The notes beneath the pieces are model-generated. The model was not told where the DNA came from. It ran no database searches and saw only the letters and a list, made by a program, of their open reading frames with translations. From NCBI RefSeq assembly GCF_006345805.1, contig NC_043017.1:31744001-31808000 (forward strand): a DNA stretch of 64,000 nucleotides, read 5' to 3'. A program made the position numbers and the translations under genes. Each line of letters opens with the position of its first letter. The stretch's first letter is position 1. This DNA comes from Octopus sinensis (Eukaryota). This document shows, one piece after another, positions 25,841 through 40,127 of the stretch.

Positions 25841-27030
25841 TACTCGTTTATTCATTTTAATTGATTTGCATTTTAGATTGTCTTACATAAAAGAAAGACT
25901 TTAGTGAGTTTCTCAATCTTATGAAATACCCCATAAATTACCAAAAGTCTCTGGTGGTCTGCCAGAACCATGTTGTACACCACAAGGTCAGACTATGTTT
26001 TTTCTGATGAGGTCTAAAAAGGCAGGAACATATCTGAAGTTGTGACTAACATGCTAAAGACAATTTCACCCTAAAATGTATTGTTTTTGATTAATTTTAA
26101 TTAATGTCACAGGCTTATCTTCAAATTATAGAGCCTAGAAATTAATCACCATGATAAGAGCTTTTCATTTCCTCACTAGTCTATGATCTTAATATATTTC
26201 TTATTTTACTACATTATATATGTGTGTGTGTGGGGGGGTGTATGTGTATGTATATATATATATGTAAATATATATGTGTGTATATATTTATATGCATATA
26301 TATATATATATGTGTGTGGGGGGGTGTATATTCTGATACCCCCTTTGGTCACAACACAGACCATGGGATTGCACCTAGAAAGTTACCTTCCCAGGCATAA
26401 GTCCGGGCAAGGTTGTTAATGGAAGACCAGCAGTCGCCCATGACTACCGGCCTCCCCTCTCCATGCCACCAGTGTTATCCAAGGGAAACGCAAAGGCCGA
26501 TACAGCTTGGCACCTGTGACGCCGCAACTCATTTCTACAGCTGAGTGAACTGGAGCAATGTGAAATTAAGTGTCTTGCTCAAGAACAAAACATGCAGCCC
26601 AGTCCGGGATTCGAGCTCACAACCTCACAATCGTAAGCTCGACACTCGAACAACTGAGCCATGCAACTTCACATGTGTATATATATATATACGTATATAT
26701 ATGTATATGTGCATATATATATATATATATACACACTAGTGGACAGGGTCTGGAGATTTTGATTGCCAGGAGACTAAGGGGGCCCACCCACAACTAAAAG
26801 GGGGCCCACCTGCAACTACAATGCTATCATTTAATCTTTTCTGTTTTTGTTAAAAGTATTCTTTTCAACTGACTACAAACACAGCCAGGCTGAAATAATT
26901 AATGTATTCTTCCAGGAGTGAATAAAAAATTCTCAAACTTGAGGAGATGGGCCTCTTAGATACTAACATGGGCCCTCCTATATGGATTCTAATGGGGCAG
27001 GGCAAACTGGCAACCTGGCCAGTCCGCCAC

Positions 27031-27088
<58 letters not shown>

Positions 27089-27389
27089 ATAATATTTGGG
27101 AGTAAATCCAAACTTACAGGAAAAATTAGATTTAGGATTAAATCTAATTTTATAGTATAAATATATATATATATATTAAATTAGAAATAAAACCACTATT
27201 AGGCAACTCAAACAGTGAAAATCATAAACCAATACATAGAAATAAAATTAATTAATAAAAAATAATTAATAAAAACTAAAAATTAATTAATTAATTTTAT
27301 TTCTATTTATTGGTTTATGATTTTCACTGTTTGATTTGCCTCATAGTGGTTTTATCTCTAATTTAATATATATATATATATCGGGAAAT

Positions 27390-27472
27390 CCCATGCTGAG
27401 GAGGAAAATGTTTGGGTAAAGTATGAATTTTACATTCTTTATGCCAATCTAATTCCAAAACTCGTCCATGGG
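27390..27472 (+). ncRNA. Type I hammerhead motif with a G12A change (probably inactive copy)
   Basis: CCCAUG-CUGAGGA-GGAA..UUCC-AAAAC-UC-GUC-CAUGGG: 6-bp stem I, 4-bp stem II base, minimal stem III, GUC triplet. Confidence 0.72.
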
Positions 27473-27785
27473 TAATTAAATACAGAGTGATTTTCGCTAT
27501 TTTTCCTCTCTCTCTGCATAGGTTGTTTCAAGTATTTTGATTTTGTCCAGGAGTCTCTTCTTATAGTAGAAGGAATAGCTAAGGTTCTTTGGCTTCTATT
27601 TCTAAACTTCGGTATGTGGTAAAGCAAATCTTTGCTGAACCCTAATTATAAATATATGCGTAATCATAAAATATTGTTTAAGTTTACCGAAAAATGGTCA
27701 TTTTTCATGCCAAATTCTACTTGGGGAAATTATTGATTACTAGTTAATTAATTAATTTTACCATTTATTATTATATATGTATATA

Positions 27786-28100
27786 TAGGCGCAGGAGTGG
27801 CTGTGTGATAAGTAGCTTGCTTACCAGCCTCATGGTTCTGGGTTCAGTCCCACTGCATGGCACTTTGGGCAAGTGTCTTCTACTATAGCCTTGGGTCGAC
27901 CAAAGCCTTGTGAGTGGACTTGGTAGACATAAACTGAAAGAAGCCTGTCAACCGATACTGGTGTGTTCATGTCCCCGTAACTTAGCGGTTCGGCAAAAGG
28001 GACCGATAGAAAAATTCCTGGGGTCTATTTGCTCAACTAAAGGTGGTGCTCCAGCATGGCCACAGTCAAATGACTGAAGCAAGTAAAAGAGTAAAAGAGT
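27786..28100 (+). mobile_element. SINE B with an internal deletion that removes the microsatellite
   Basis: aagaagcctgtc joins directly to aaccgatactggtgtg. Confidence 0.85.
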
Positions 28101-28339
28101 ATGTGTGTGTGTGTGTGTGCGTGTGTGCGTGTGCATGCATGTGTGTGTATGTATATATGCATGTACGCATGTATGTATATATAAATGTCCTCTTTACTAA
28201 CTCATCTGTAACAATTTCTTGGCTGAGTACACCTTGGTTACATCTATAACATCTATAATGTGCTGTCTAGGCTGTACACATCGTCTGTGTGTCCTAAGCT
28301 CTTTTATATTGATTTTCGGCTTGTTGAAATAATTGTTCT

Positions 28340-29150
<811 letters not shown>

Positions 29151-29298
29151 AAAGATAGGAATACAATGTGCATCTGTTTTCCAATGTGTGGAGGTATGAA
29201 AATTGTCCACACCACATTTCTCTCCTCCCTCATCTCTCCCCCTCTCCCCTTCACTCACTCCCTCTTCTCCTGCTCCTCTACTCTTTCTGTTTTTTCCT

Positions 29299-29329
<31 letters not shown>

Positions 29330-31999
29330 CCCTGTGTGTCTCTCTGACTCTTTTCTTTTTATTTTGGCAAGCAGTGGTAAGGTCAGTGTGAGGTTAGAGG
29401 ATTATCTGGCACCACAAATAAAATTCATTACAGATAGGAAATTAATACAACACTCTGTCCGCCCCGCCCGCCCCGTGTGTGTGTTTATGTATTCATACAG
29501 CAACATAAGTATATACACACATATGTGAGTGGATGTGTGTGTGTGTGTGTGTGTGATGGAGACTGTGGAGGGAGGATGCTTGTTGCAATTACACAAGCTT
29601 TTCAGAAGCCCCATTGAGTAATGTTCAAAAGATGGTCATGTGGTATAATTCATGGTACATTGTCCAAAAGCAAGAAAAATACATTTGTAAACATACTTAC
29701 ATACATATATGTATATATATATATATATATTATAATATATATATATATGTGTGTGTGTATATATATATATGTATATATACACATATATATATACATATAT
29801 ATATATATGTATATATACATATGTGTTTGTGTGTATATAGACATACACACACACACATATATATATATGTATGTATGTATATTTGTATGTAAGTATGAAT
29901 GTCTGTACGTATATATATATATATATGTATACATACATACACGCTCACACACATATATATGCATATATATATATATTATATATATATATTTAGATAGATA
30001 GATAGATAAATAGATAGACAGATAAATATATACATATATAGACACACATCTACTAATACATATATATGTTGTGTGTGTGTGTGTGTGTGTATACATCTAA
30101 ATACATGCATAATATACACATGCATATACACTGGACGGACACTTTATATAATGAGTCATTTTGTTAATTCCTATACCAGAGACACATATCAATACATAGA
30201 CACATTGAAGGAGAGTTGTACATAAACATTTACATCTAAAATTCAAAGCACAGTATCACCCTAATGCAAATTCGATTTATCTAACATATAGTCACTCACA
30301 TAGAACTGCACCACATGAACATATATTTATGTAAAAATGGACATATACTGCCTCATACTATGATATTAGCATTTTCATACAGATATAAGCTCAAAGTTAT
30401 TTCTAAGCACCCTTTAGTATGTGGATATTTGTATCTGTACTAGTACACACTTACATATTTCTATATATTTATTTGTGTGATTGAAAAATTATTACTTCAC
30501 ATCTATATATATATACACAGAAATATTTATATTGAAATAAATACAAATAATACAAAGAATGGGTTGAAATTAGGATTGAAAAAATATATATATATACTAT
30601 AGTCTATGTAAACAGTAAGAAGATAGGCTTAAATAAAATTTAAAATATAACAGCATGAAAACAAAATAAAAACAAACCCCAAGAGAATAACAGAGTAAAA
30701 AGAAGAAAATCGATGCATCTACATTTCCTGTGACAGACACTCAGAGAGAAAACCGACTATCATTAAATGGCAATTTTTGTTCTATAGGAGACATACATAA
30801 ATATAACACCTCCGTCAGTCTTCATATTGTTTGGCAAACAGAATTGCGGTTTTAATAAACTGAGCATTTCTATCATCAATCAATGACAAAACAGGAGGGG
30901 AAAAACAAAATTAGTGTTAACCACAGTATGATATGCAAAAAAGAAATTCTTCAAATTCTGGTAGCTCTTCATGTAGCAATCCATTGAGAGTGAATAATCT
31001 TCTTTTATAAATTGCCAACGCTGGTAGTTTTGATAAATCTAATTCTTATTCTATTATCATTATTATATTTTTTAAGCTTCAACAAAATGTGTGCCTTACG
31101 TGTAACTCTTATTTATTTATTTTTATTCTTAAATAGAGAGAAATAAATTTCAAAACTAAATAAGTTGTTGATATGCCAGAACCAATATCTTACAATCTCT
31201 TTCATACTATGTATCTTGTTGGTGAAAGGCAAAATGTTTGGTTAAAAAGTCCACTTTCCAAAGAAACGGTTTGGGGTTACAATACCACTGTACAGCACTT
31301 TGAGAATGCAACTTCTAATGTTGCATCGGGTCAGACGAATGTTTATAAGAATATACACAGACCTATATATGTATGCGAGTATGTGTTTGCATACATACAT
31401 ACATGTGTGTGAATATGTTTGCATGTATATATATATATGTATATCAAAATAAGCAACAAGGACAGCCAAGGTAGTGTAGTACAATTGTTTCATGCTACTT
31501 CATTTTATTAAACACTGTAAGTTTTACATCAGTTTTAAAATGTTGTGCAATCTTCAGCCACATATAGAATTTTAAAATTAAAACGGACAATGCACATTCT
31601 TGTATTTATTTCATTAGCCAACATTACAAAGAGGGTAGATATATAGACAGATGGTGGTGGTATGTTCTCCGTCTGTGAGAAAAAAATCTACAGACGGAGA
31701 AGAACATATGTATGTGTATGCGTATATGTAGTTTATACACACACACATACAAGCAATAAGGTCTCAGACAAACATGGCCTTCATAGTTAACTGTGAGAAA
31801 GGTTACTGGAAAGGTTGTGAATTGCAACAAAAGACTATGATGAATAAAGAAAAGGAAAATAATGGTTTAACCAACAACTTAAACGATTGATTTGTTAGCT
31901 GGAGAGATATTTAGCCAATTGATCAACAATAAAGAAGAGGAATTGAACGATTGAACCAGTGCATGTGCTATTACTATTCATATAATGAATCTCCCAGAC

Positions 32000-32033
<34 letters not shown>

Positions 32034-32136
32034 GGAATTTAATGTGTATATATATATAGATATATATTATATTAGTTATATATATAATACATACATATAT
32101 AATATATATATTAGATTATATAACGTATTAGATTGC

Positions 32137-32310
32137 TAGCCACTACACATTCTTTATTTTCTCTTCGTTTCTTTCTGTGTTCCTTTCTGTAGAAGAGTGT
32201 AGGCTCAAAACGTTAAAGACATTTTCACTTCCTGAACGTTAAACTAATTCATCTGTTCGTTGTCCACACCACCTGTCTTCGTCTTTTGTCTTTTTGTGAA
32301 TTCTCCCCAT
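32137..32310 (+). mobile_element. Dispersed single monomer of the 22.3-kb array family
   Basis: agccactacacatt...ctgtagaagagtgtaggctcaaaacgt...gaacgttaaa...cacctgtcttcgtcttttg. Confidence 0.9.
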
Positions 32311-32350
32311 ATATATATATATATATATATGCACATGCACACACACACAC

Positions 32351-32381
<31 letters not shown>

Positions 32382-32945
32382 GTAGTAGGGAATATAATTT
32401 ATTATTATCGATTTAAAGATATAGTCATGAAATGCGCATAGTCAATTTAATGTTTATTTATTTTAGTGATTTTTTGAATAATATTTATTACAGTATATTA
32501 AAAAATTTTCTATATAATATAGATGATGTCTTTCACTATTGAATTGCTTAATAGAGGTTATTTCTCTTAATTATATACATACATACATATATACATATAT
32601 ATATATAGCTATGAATATATATATAAAAGTTTCACTGAACTTTTTAATAATTCCTTCTAGAAACTATCTTTAACATTTTCTTGAGAATGTATATATATGT
32701 TGTAATCTTTTGTGCCCAATATTTTAATGAACTTGTTAAACTTTTTTATATTTTCCCAAGATTTTCCCTTGTACGCTGTTCTTAACATACCAAAGAATGT
32801 ATATATATGTATTGTAGTATTTTGTGACAACCAATAATTAACACAACCAAACTTTTACATGTTACTTTTGACAATCTTTTTCTAAAAAGTGAAACCGGTA
32901 AAGTAAATAAACATCTTTTAAAATTGCATTTTCAAACCATCTATA

Positions 32946-32990
<45 letters not shown>

Positions 32991-32993
<3 letters not shown>

Positions 32994-33871
32994 GCAAAGG
33001 GTTACCCAAAAGTAACCAGAAACATTCCCTGTGGGACAAACCTTTTGTAGTTCAGGCTTCTGCCACTACAAGCCATTTGATGTAACCTTCAGGCATCAGT
33101 CTGCTGACCAACCATTGAGTGTAGTCCTACTACCACATGGTACATATTTGTTTTACAGTGCTTCTCCCCTGTTTGTTGATTTTTGCGACGGCTGAAAAAA
33201 AGGAACAGTGTGCTTCCAAAAAATTCTGTTTTCTGCTGGGGAAAAAGCAGCCAAAAGAATTGTTATGCTTTAAACAGCTAACAAGACTGCTGTAATGAGC
33301 AAAAGGTATTTTAGGAATGGTCACCTGTTGCTTGAAGACCACCCTCATTCATGATGGCCATCAACCTCCCAAACGAATGAAAATATCACAAAAATTCACG
33401 AACTGATCTTGGAGAGCCATCACAGAACAATTGATGGACTTCTTGGTATGACTGGTGTGTTCTGGAACTTCTGCCAACGAATTTTGAGTGAGGAATCATG
33501 AATGAAAAGAGCTGCGCAAAATTTGTACCTCACCTGCTCATAAAAGATCAAAAGCAACCACAACTGAATGCATGTCGAGAACTGAAAGAACATTTGGAAG
33601 TTGATCCGGAGCTTTTATCAAAGGGCATCACTGGTGACCACAGAATTTTCAGATGTGGAAGAGATGAAGGAAAAAAAATGGCAGAGATGTTAAAAGGCAT
33701 CACTTTGCAAGAGTCCCAGCACTGCTTCAAATAGTGGGAAATGCAACTCAGCCAATCAATGCATTGCTTCAAATTGAGAATACTTTGAAAGTAAGAACAG
33801 GGCAATCATGTAAAACTAGGTGAATAGTAATATTGAAAATTCTGGTTTTCTTTTGGGTACCTCCTCGAGTA
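32991..33871 (+). mobile_element. Internally deleted, degenerate mariner (Tc1/mariner) transposon
   Basis: TIRs gggttacccaaaagtaaccagaa / ttctggttttcttttgggtacc, TA flanks; peptide pieces KFCFLLGK, AKFVPHLLIKDQKQ..ACRELKEHLE..SKGITGD and a C-terminal ..EYFE. Confidence 0.88.
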
Positions 33872-33964
33872 TGTGTGTGTATTATATACATACATCATAT
33901 ATATATATACATACCACACACACATATATAATATATATGTATATATATATATTATGTATATATA

Positions 33965-34010
<46 letters not shown>

Positions 34011-34054
34011 TATATGTATATTATATATACATATTATATATATGTATACGTATA

Positions 34055-34112
<58 letters not shown>

Positions 34113-34115
<3 letters not shown>

Positions 34116-34344
34116 CCGGAGTAAGCACATAAATGTGAAACAAGGTGGAAAAAAGAGTACTCAAATACCAGATCTAGAGTAATATGCTTTATTTAAAAGC
34201 AGCAGAAATATAACAAAAGCTGTTACTCGGAGTTTCACGTTCCTGTTTGGCGGGCAGCTTTGTTAAAAAAATAAAAACTGTCCGACGAACGGGAATGTGA
34301 AACTCCAAGTAACAGCTTTTGTTATATTTCTGCTGCTTTTTAAT

Positions 34345-34375
<31 letters not shown>

Positions 34376-34812
34376 ATTTATTCATATACGAGGAATGACC
34401 ACTCAGTGGACTCCTAATATGCTAAAATGTAGACCCCCTTATGGTCTGACCTGTAAGAAAAATTGTTCTCAAGAAAATTTGGCAAACCCCAGAACGTAAG
34501 CGAGCAAGACAAATGAAAAGATACAAAATCTAATGATTAGTCACATACCAGGTTTCATTGTTACCATTTACATAACGTTATATTATATATATATATACAC
34601 TTTATTTAGCAAAAGCTGTTACTTGGAGTTTCATGTTCCCGTTCGTCAGACAGTTTTTTTTTTAACAAAACTATCCGATGAACTTGAACGTGAAACTCCA
34701 AGTAACAGCTTTTGTTATATTTCTGCTGCTTTTAAATAAAGCATATTACTCTAGATCTGGTATTTGAGTACTCTTTTTTCCACCTTGTTTCACATTTATG
34801 TGTTTACTCCAG
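34113..34812. repeat. Nested inverted-repeat structure with four hammerhead-like motifs
   Basis: 34113-~34320 is the reverse complement of ~34610-34812; each arm holds an internal hairpin; motifs at 34220-34257(-), 34278-34315(+), 34616-34653(-) and 34671-34708(+). Confidence 0.9.
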
Positions 34813-35024
34813 TATATATATATATATATATAATGTGGGTGTTTATAAAATATTATATATATATGTGTGTGTATATAATTTTATATATATATATGTATAT
34901 AAAATTATATATGCACACACACACACACATATATATATATATAATATTTCATATACACACGCATGCGCATACACACACACAAATATATATATATATATAT
35001 ATATATATGTTTATATATATACAT

Positions 35025-35056
<32 letters not shown>

Positions 35057-35925
35057 CATCATCATCATCATCATCATCATTTAGCATCCGCTTTCCATGC
35101 TAACATGGGTTGGATGGGTCAACTGGGGTCTGTGAAGCTGGAAGGCTTCGTCAGGCCCAGTCAGATCTGGCAGTGCTTCTACGGCTGGATGCCCTTCCTA
35201 ACGCCAACCACTCCGCGAGTGTAGTGGGTGTTTTTTACGTGCCACCTGCACACGTGCCAGACAGAGCTGGCAAACGGCCACGAACGGATGGTGCTTTTAC
35301 GTGTCACCGGCACGGGGCCAGGCGATGCTGGCAACGGACACGAACGGATGGTGCTTTTACGTATCACCGACACGAGTGCCAGACAAGGCTGGCAGCAGAC
35401 ACGAACAGATGGGTCACTGCTTTCTGATATTGATTTGATTTTGATTGTTCTCACTGGTCTTGCCGGGTCTTCTGACGCACGCATACTTCCATAGGTTCGG
35501 TCTCTGGTCATTTCCCTGGTTGAGACCTAGAGTTCGAAGGTCGTGCTTCACCACCTCGACCCAGGTTTTCCTGGGTCTCTAACCTCTTCCACAGGTCCCC
35601 CGTAACTGCCAGGGTGTGGCACTTTTTCACACACCAATCTTCATCCATTCTCGCGCCACATGACCATACCAGCGCAATCGTCTCTCTTGCACACAACATC
35701 TGATGCCTCTTAGGTCCAACTTTTCTCTCAAGGTGCTTACACTCTGTCGACTATGAACACTGACATTACACATCCAACGGAGCATACTAGCTTCATTTCT
35801 TGCGAGCTTACATAAATCCTCAGCAGTCACAGCCCAAGTTTCACTACCATGTAGCATGGCTGTACGTACGCATGCATCATACAGTCTGCCTTTTACTTTG
35901 AGCGAGAGGCCTTTTAGTCACCAGT
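35057..35925 (-). pseudogene. Frameshifted, 5'-truncated RTE LINE copy of the same family as 10606-12580
   Basis: MLHGSETWAVTAED..ARNEASMLRWMCN..VQERRLRWYGHVAR, with the same 3'UTR and (GAT)n tail. Confidence 0.92.
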
Positions 35926-36278
35926 ATATATATTTATGTAGGTATTCATTTCAAATACTTTTGTTTTCATGCTTGTATGGGTTAGACAAATGTCATTGAT
36001 GTATTGTTTTACAACCAGATACCCCTCTTGTTGCTAACACATACCTGCTTTTCAAACAAGGGTTCGTTTATTCCACACAGACCTGAAGACATAAAGGAAG
36101 CAGATGATTTGTTCCCCAGTGAACTGGTAGCAACATGCCTGACATGCCACAACTTTCATAGAAATTACCAAAATTTAAACAAACAGGCACATAAACATGC
36201 ACACACACAACACTCACACCCATATATATGCAGATATATATGTATGTGTATATATATATTATATATATTATATATATA

Positions 36279-36610
36279 TATAAATTCAGGGTGAATACTT
36301 GATAAGTGCAAGCACCTGTATATGCCAGCTAGTAGCAGAGGTGAGAGATTATATGCATCAAATGAAATCAAAAACAGAACACAAAGGATGTCGCGGTACA
36401 ACGTGTTTCAAGCTTTATAAAACAACCTATTCTTACATCAGTGTGTAGATTACACATTGATGTACGAATAGGTTTTTTTATAAAGCTTGAAAAACGTGTA
36501 CCGTGACATCCTTTGTGTTCTGTTTTTGATTTCATTTGATGCATATAATCTCTCACCTCTGCTACTAGCTGGCATATACAGGTGCTTGCACTTATCAAGT
36601 ATTCACCCTG

Positions 36611-36618
<8 letters not shown>
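36279..36618. repeat. Near-perfect palindrome, ~168-bp arms, almost no spacer, embedded in (TA)n
   Basis: aaattcagggtgaatacttgataagtgc...tacatcagtgtgta / tacacattgatgta...gcacttatcaagtattcaccctgaattt. Confidence 0.95.
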
Positions 36619-36650
<32 letters not shown>

Positions 36651-37055
36651 ATAGATAGATAGATAGATAGATATAAATATAGATAGATACATATATAGAT
36701 AGACAGACAGACAGATACCAGATAGACAGGCAGACAGACAGACACAGACACAGACAGACACACAGACAAACACAGACAGACAGAAAGATAGATAGATAGA
36801 TAATATTAATATTTGTTTTTGTGTTGCATGAATAATGTATCTTTATCTCCAACAACATAAAAAAAACTGACCATCAAGTAGGTGGATTGTCAATGTTGAC
36901 AATCTTTTGACACAGGGATGCCATTCTAATGGCTGACAGCTTTGTTATGTTTGTTATGCTTGTTGTTTTTACCAACCAGAGACCAGTGAAGGGTCATTTT
37001 CTTATAATGACATGAAATTTGATTCTGTTCTCTCTGTCTCTCTCCTCCTCCGTCG

Positions 37056-37124
<69 letters not shown>

Positions 37125-38696
37125 TTTCTTTCTCTCTCTCTTCTTCACTTTCCTTTACTTGGGTATATTTCTTTCACTTCTGACTTTTTATTCTGGTATC
37201 AATCATGTGTCAAATGTTATTTTGCTCACATTTCATTCTCTCTTGATAGCAGTTAACTTCTACTTGGGCCTAGCCTCAACCCAATAAAAACGAACATTTA
37301 ACTGACTTTTCTTCCTATGATGGCCCCCTTATCTGTTTGCTCACATTTAACTTCATAACGCAAATTATTCCATTGACATGAAAGCATGAAAAATATCTAC
37401 GTACATTTTCCATAACATTTCTATAACAAATTTCATCTAATTTGATTCATTGATGTACATTTTCACAAGCTCATTCAAGTACATAATGCTTTCATGCTGC
37501 CAGCAAGTTCTGTTGAATCCATTTTCTTCATTGGCAAATAGGAAAACGAACAAAAATGATATGCAACCAATCTTTGATATTATATCTATGAACTAACCTT
37601 TTAAATTTTCTATAACTGCATCAGGTAACCAAAGAAGAATTGTTTCTACGGTACATGTGACTACAATTTACAGATTATTTGAAAGAAGATTGTTAGTAAT
37701 GTTAAAAGAACAACAAAGTCTATTTTAATCCTGTATCCCACTTAAGGGGATTTTATCTCAATAGTCAGTCATTTTTCAGTTAATTCAACATGACATCCCC
37801 CGCTGTTTTATCCCTATTCTTTTCTTGGTTACAGAAGTTTTAGAGTTTTATTAAAGGCACATAACACCCCCAGTGAGATAAAGCATCAATCGTTACTTAT
37901 CAACAGAGAAGAGAACATTTTCACAACGCTATATAATCAAAGGTTTCTTCGGAAACTTTAATGGTTAGGAAAAATAATTTTCTTTTAACAAGAAAAGAAT
38001 ACAATTGAATGTGATTTGATGGATTTGTGAAATGATGATCACGAGAAGAAAGCTTGAGTGCAAGTGAGTGGAGTAAATATTCTGGGATTTACATTAGCAA
38101 CTGTATGTCAAAGAAATATAAATGATATGCATGTGCTACAGAAATAAATATGTTGAAACGTGGAATCCGAGAAAACTGGTAAAGATCATTATTGAGAGTG
38201 ATTTATGAAGAAAAGTTAGTGGAATGTCAATAGGTTCATTTGCCATGAGGATTGAAAATTTTTCAGGCTTCAGGCTGCTGCAAGTTGAAAAAGATGATGG
38301 AGATGTTCATATGGTTGTTGGCTGTTGAAGGTCAACAGTTCAAATCAGATTTTCTACACTTTGTGACTTACTGAACTTAGGCACATTCTAAAAACTCTCC
38401 TTTTAGATAAATGCGTGATTTATTAGAATATTTTAAAAGAAATATCTATAATATTATTATGATTGTCACAACAACTGTTCAAGTGTTAGACTTGTATTAA
38501 ATTTAACTGTGGAATGAAATCAAAGGCATCTAAATCTTTAATATGATGAAACAAAGTTATGAAGATCTATAAATTCATGCATCAAAGTAGGAATATTACT
38601 ATTTATAAAAGTTAAATTTCAGAGATTTTACAAGTCATAGTAAATGTGTTATTCAAAACAGGTAGGAGAGCTAATTCCTATATCCATAACACTGGA

Positions 38697-38752
38697 TTGC
38701 TACCCAAGGACCAAAATCTCGTTACAACGAGATTTTGGTCCTTGGGTAGCAA
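38697..38752. other. Perfect 26-bp hairpin with a 4-nt loop
   Basis: ttgctacccaaggaccaaaatctcgt-taca-acgagattttggtccttgggtagcaa. Confidence 0.95.
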
Positions 38753-39029
38753 CTGATATTTCCTGTTTGCTTACCCCTAGAAAGTATGAAAAATGGCAAT
38801 TACTCCTTTCAAACTTTGGTTTTTGTTATGCTTATTCAAACCCCCAAAATCCCTCTCAACACACGGATGTGATGCTCCCCTGCTAACCCTTCTCATAATC
38901 AGAGAGGCACATATTGCCAGTCACTAAGGTACATGCTCAAGTGTTTATGGTCAAACAACTATTTGTTATAGCGATATTTCTGCTTCAGCAACTCCATCAG
39001 AATTTTATTATTAATGTATTATTTAACGT

Positions 39030-39382
39030 ATCAAGTCGATTATATCGACCCCAATGTGTAACTGGTACTTATTTAATCGACCCCGAAAGGATGAAAGGCA
39101 AAGTCGACCTCGGCAGAATTTGAACTCAGAATGTAGCGACAGACGAAATACCTATTTCTTTACCACAAGGGGCTAAACACAGAGAGGACAAACAAGGACA
39201 GACAAACGAATTAAGTCGATTATATCGACCCCAGTGCATAACTGGTAATTATTTAATCGACCCCGAAAGGAGGAAAGGCAAAGTCGACCTTGGTAGAATT
39301 TGAACTCAGAACATAATAACAGACAAAATGCCGCTAAGCAATTTTGCCCTGGCATGCTAACGTTTCTGCCAGCTCACCACCT
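39030..39382 (-). mobile_element. SINE A with a duplicated body (another degenerate copy at ~39805-39960)
   Basis: Two copies of cgaccccgaaagga.gaaaggcaaagtcgacc joined at gacgaaatacctatttcttt. Confidence 0.88.
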
Positions 39383-40127
39383 TAGCTCCATTCTGAATCT
39401 GTCTGAAATGTAATGGAAAATAAGTCAGTTTCAAAACAACGATGTCCAGCCAAAGTTTGAAGAGAATAGTAGCCACTTCCTTTGATGTCATGATAGAAGC
39501 AAATTGGAAATAACATTCAATGACCAAAAACAGTCAGTAAAGTTAACGTCCAGGTTGAATGCCTAGAAATGAGCTTTTGCTTTGAAAGAGTAGAAAGATT
39601 GCCAAAATTTTGCAGTTTCAAGACATCAATGTTTTGAAATTGCAGTTTTTGGACATCCTCCTGAAAAACTTCTTCACCAAACTGAAGAAGCATAGACAAC
39701 CTTTTTGGGACTGATTTGAAATTACTTTTCCATTGTAGAGTTTATCTGATTCAATGGATGTATGAATATAATAAAAATTGTTAATTATTAAGGTGGAAAG
39801 TTAAGGTGGCAAGCTGGCAGAATCGTTACAACCCTGGGCAAAATGCGTAACAGCATTTCATCTGTCTTTATGTTCTGAGTTCAAATTCCACCGAGGTCAA
39901 TTTGTCTTTCAAGCTCAATAAAATAAGTACCAGTTGAACAGTGGAGTGAGCATAATTTTGCCAAGGTTGACTTTGCTGTTCATCTTTTGGGGTCGATAAA
40001 ATAAATACCAGCACTGGGGGGTCAATGCAACTGACTTGCTCCTAACCCCAAAATTGCTGGCCTTGTACCAAAATTTGAAACCATCATCATCATCATCATC
40101 ATCATTATTATTATCTTTATTATTATC

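Noticed and set aside
24551-25855. 339-434-aa repetitive ORFs (FTWHLHQ/YLAPASV)
   Set aside because: A 26-bp stop-free minisatellite unit read through all three frames.
26735-27032. hAT-like MITE (agtggcggactggcc end)
   Set aside because: Only one convincing terminus; no TSD.
30720-30782. Possible 59-nt minus-strand exon (NKNCHLMIVGFLSECLSQE)
   Set aside because: AG/GT boundaries exist, but the pyrimidine tract is weak and there is no homology evidence.
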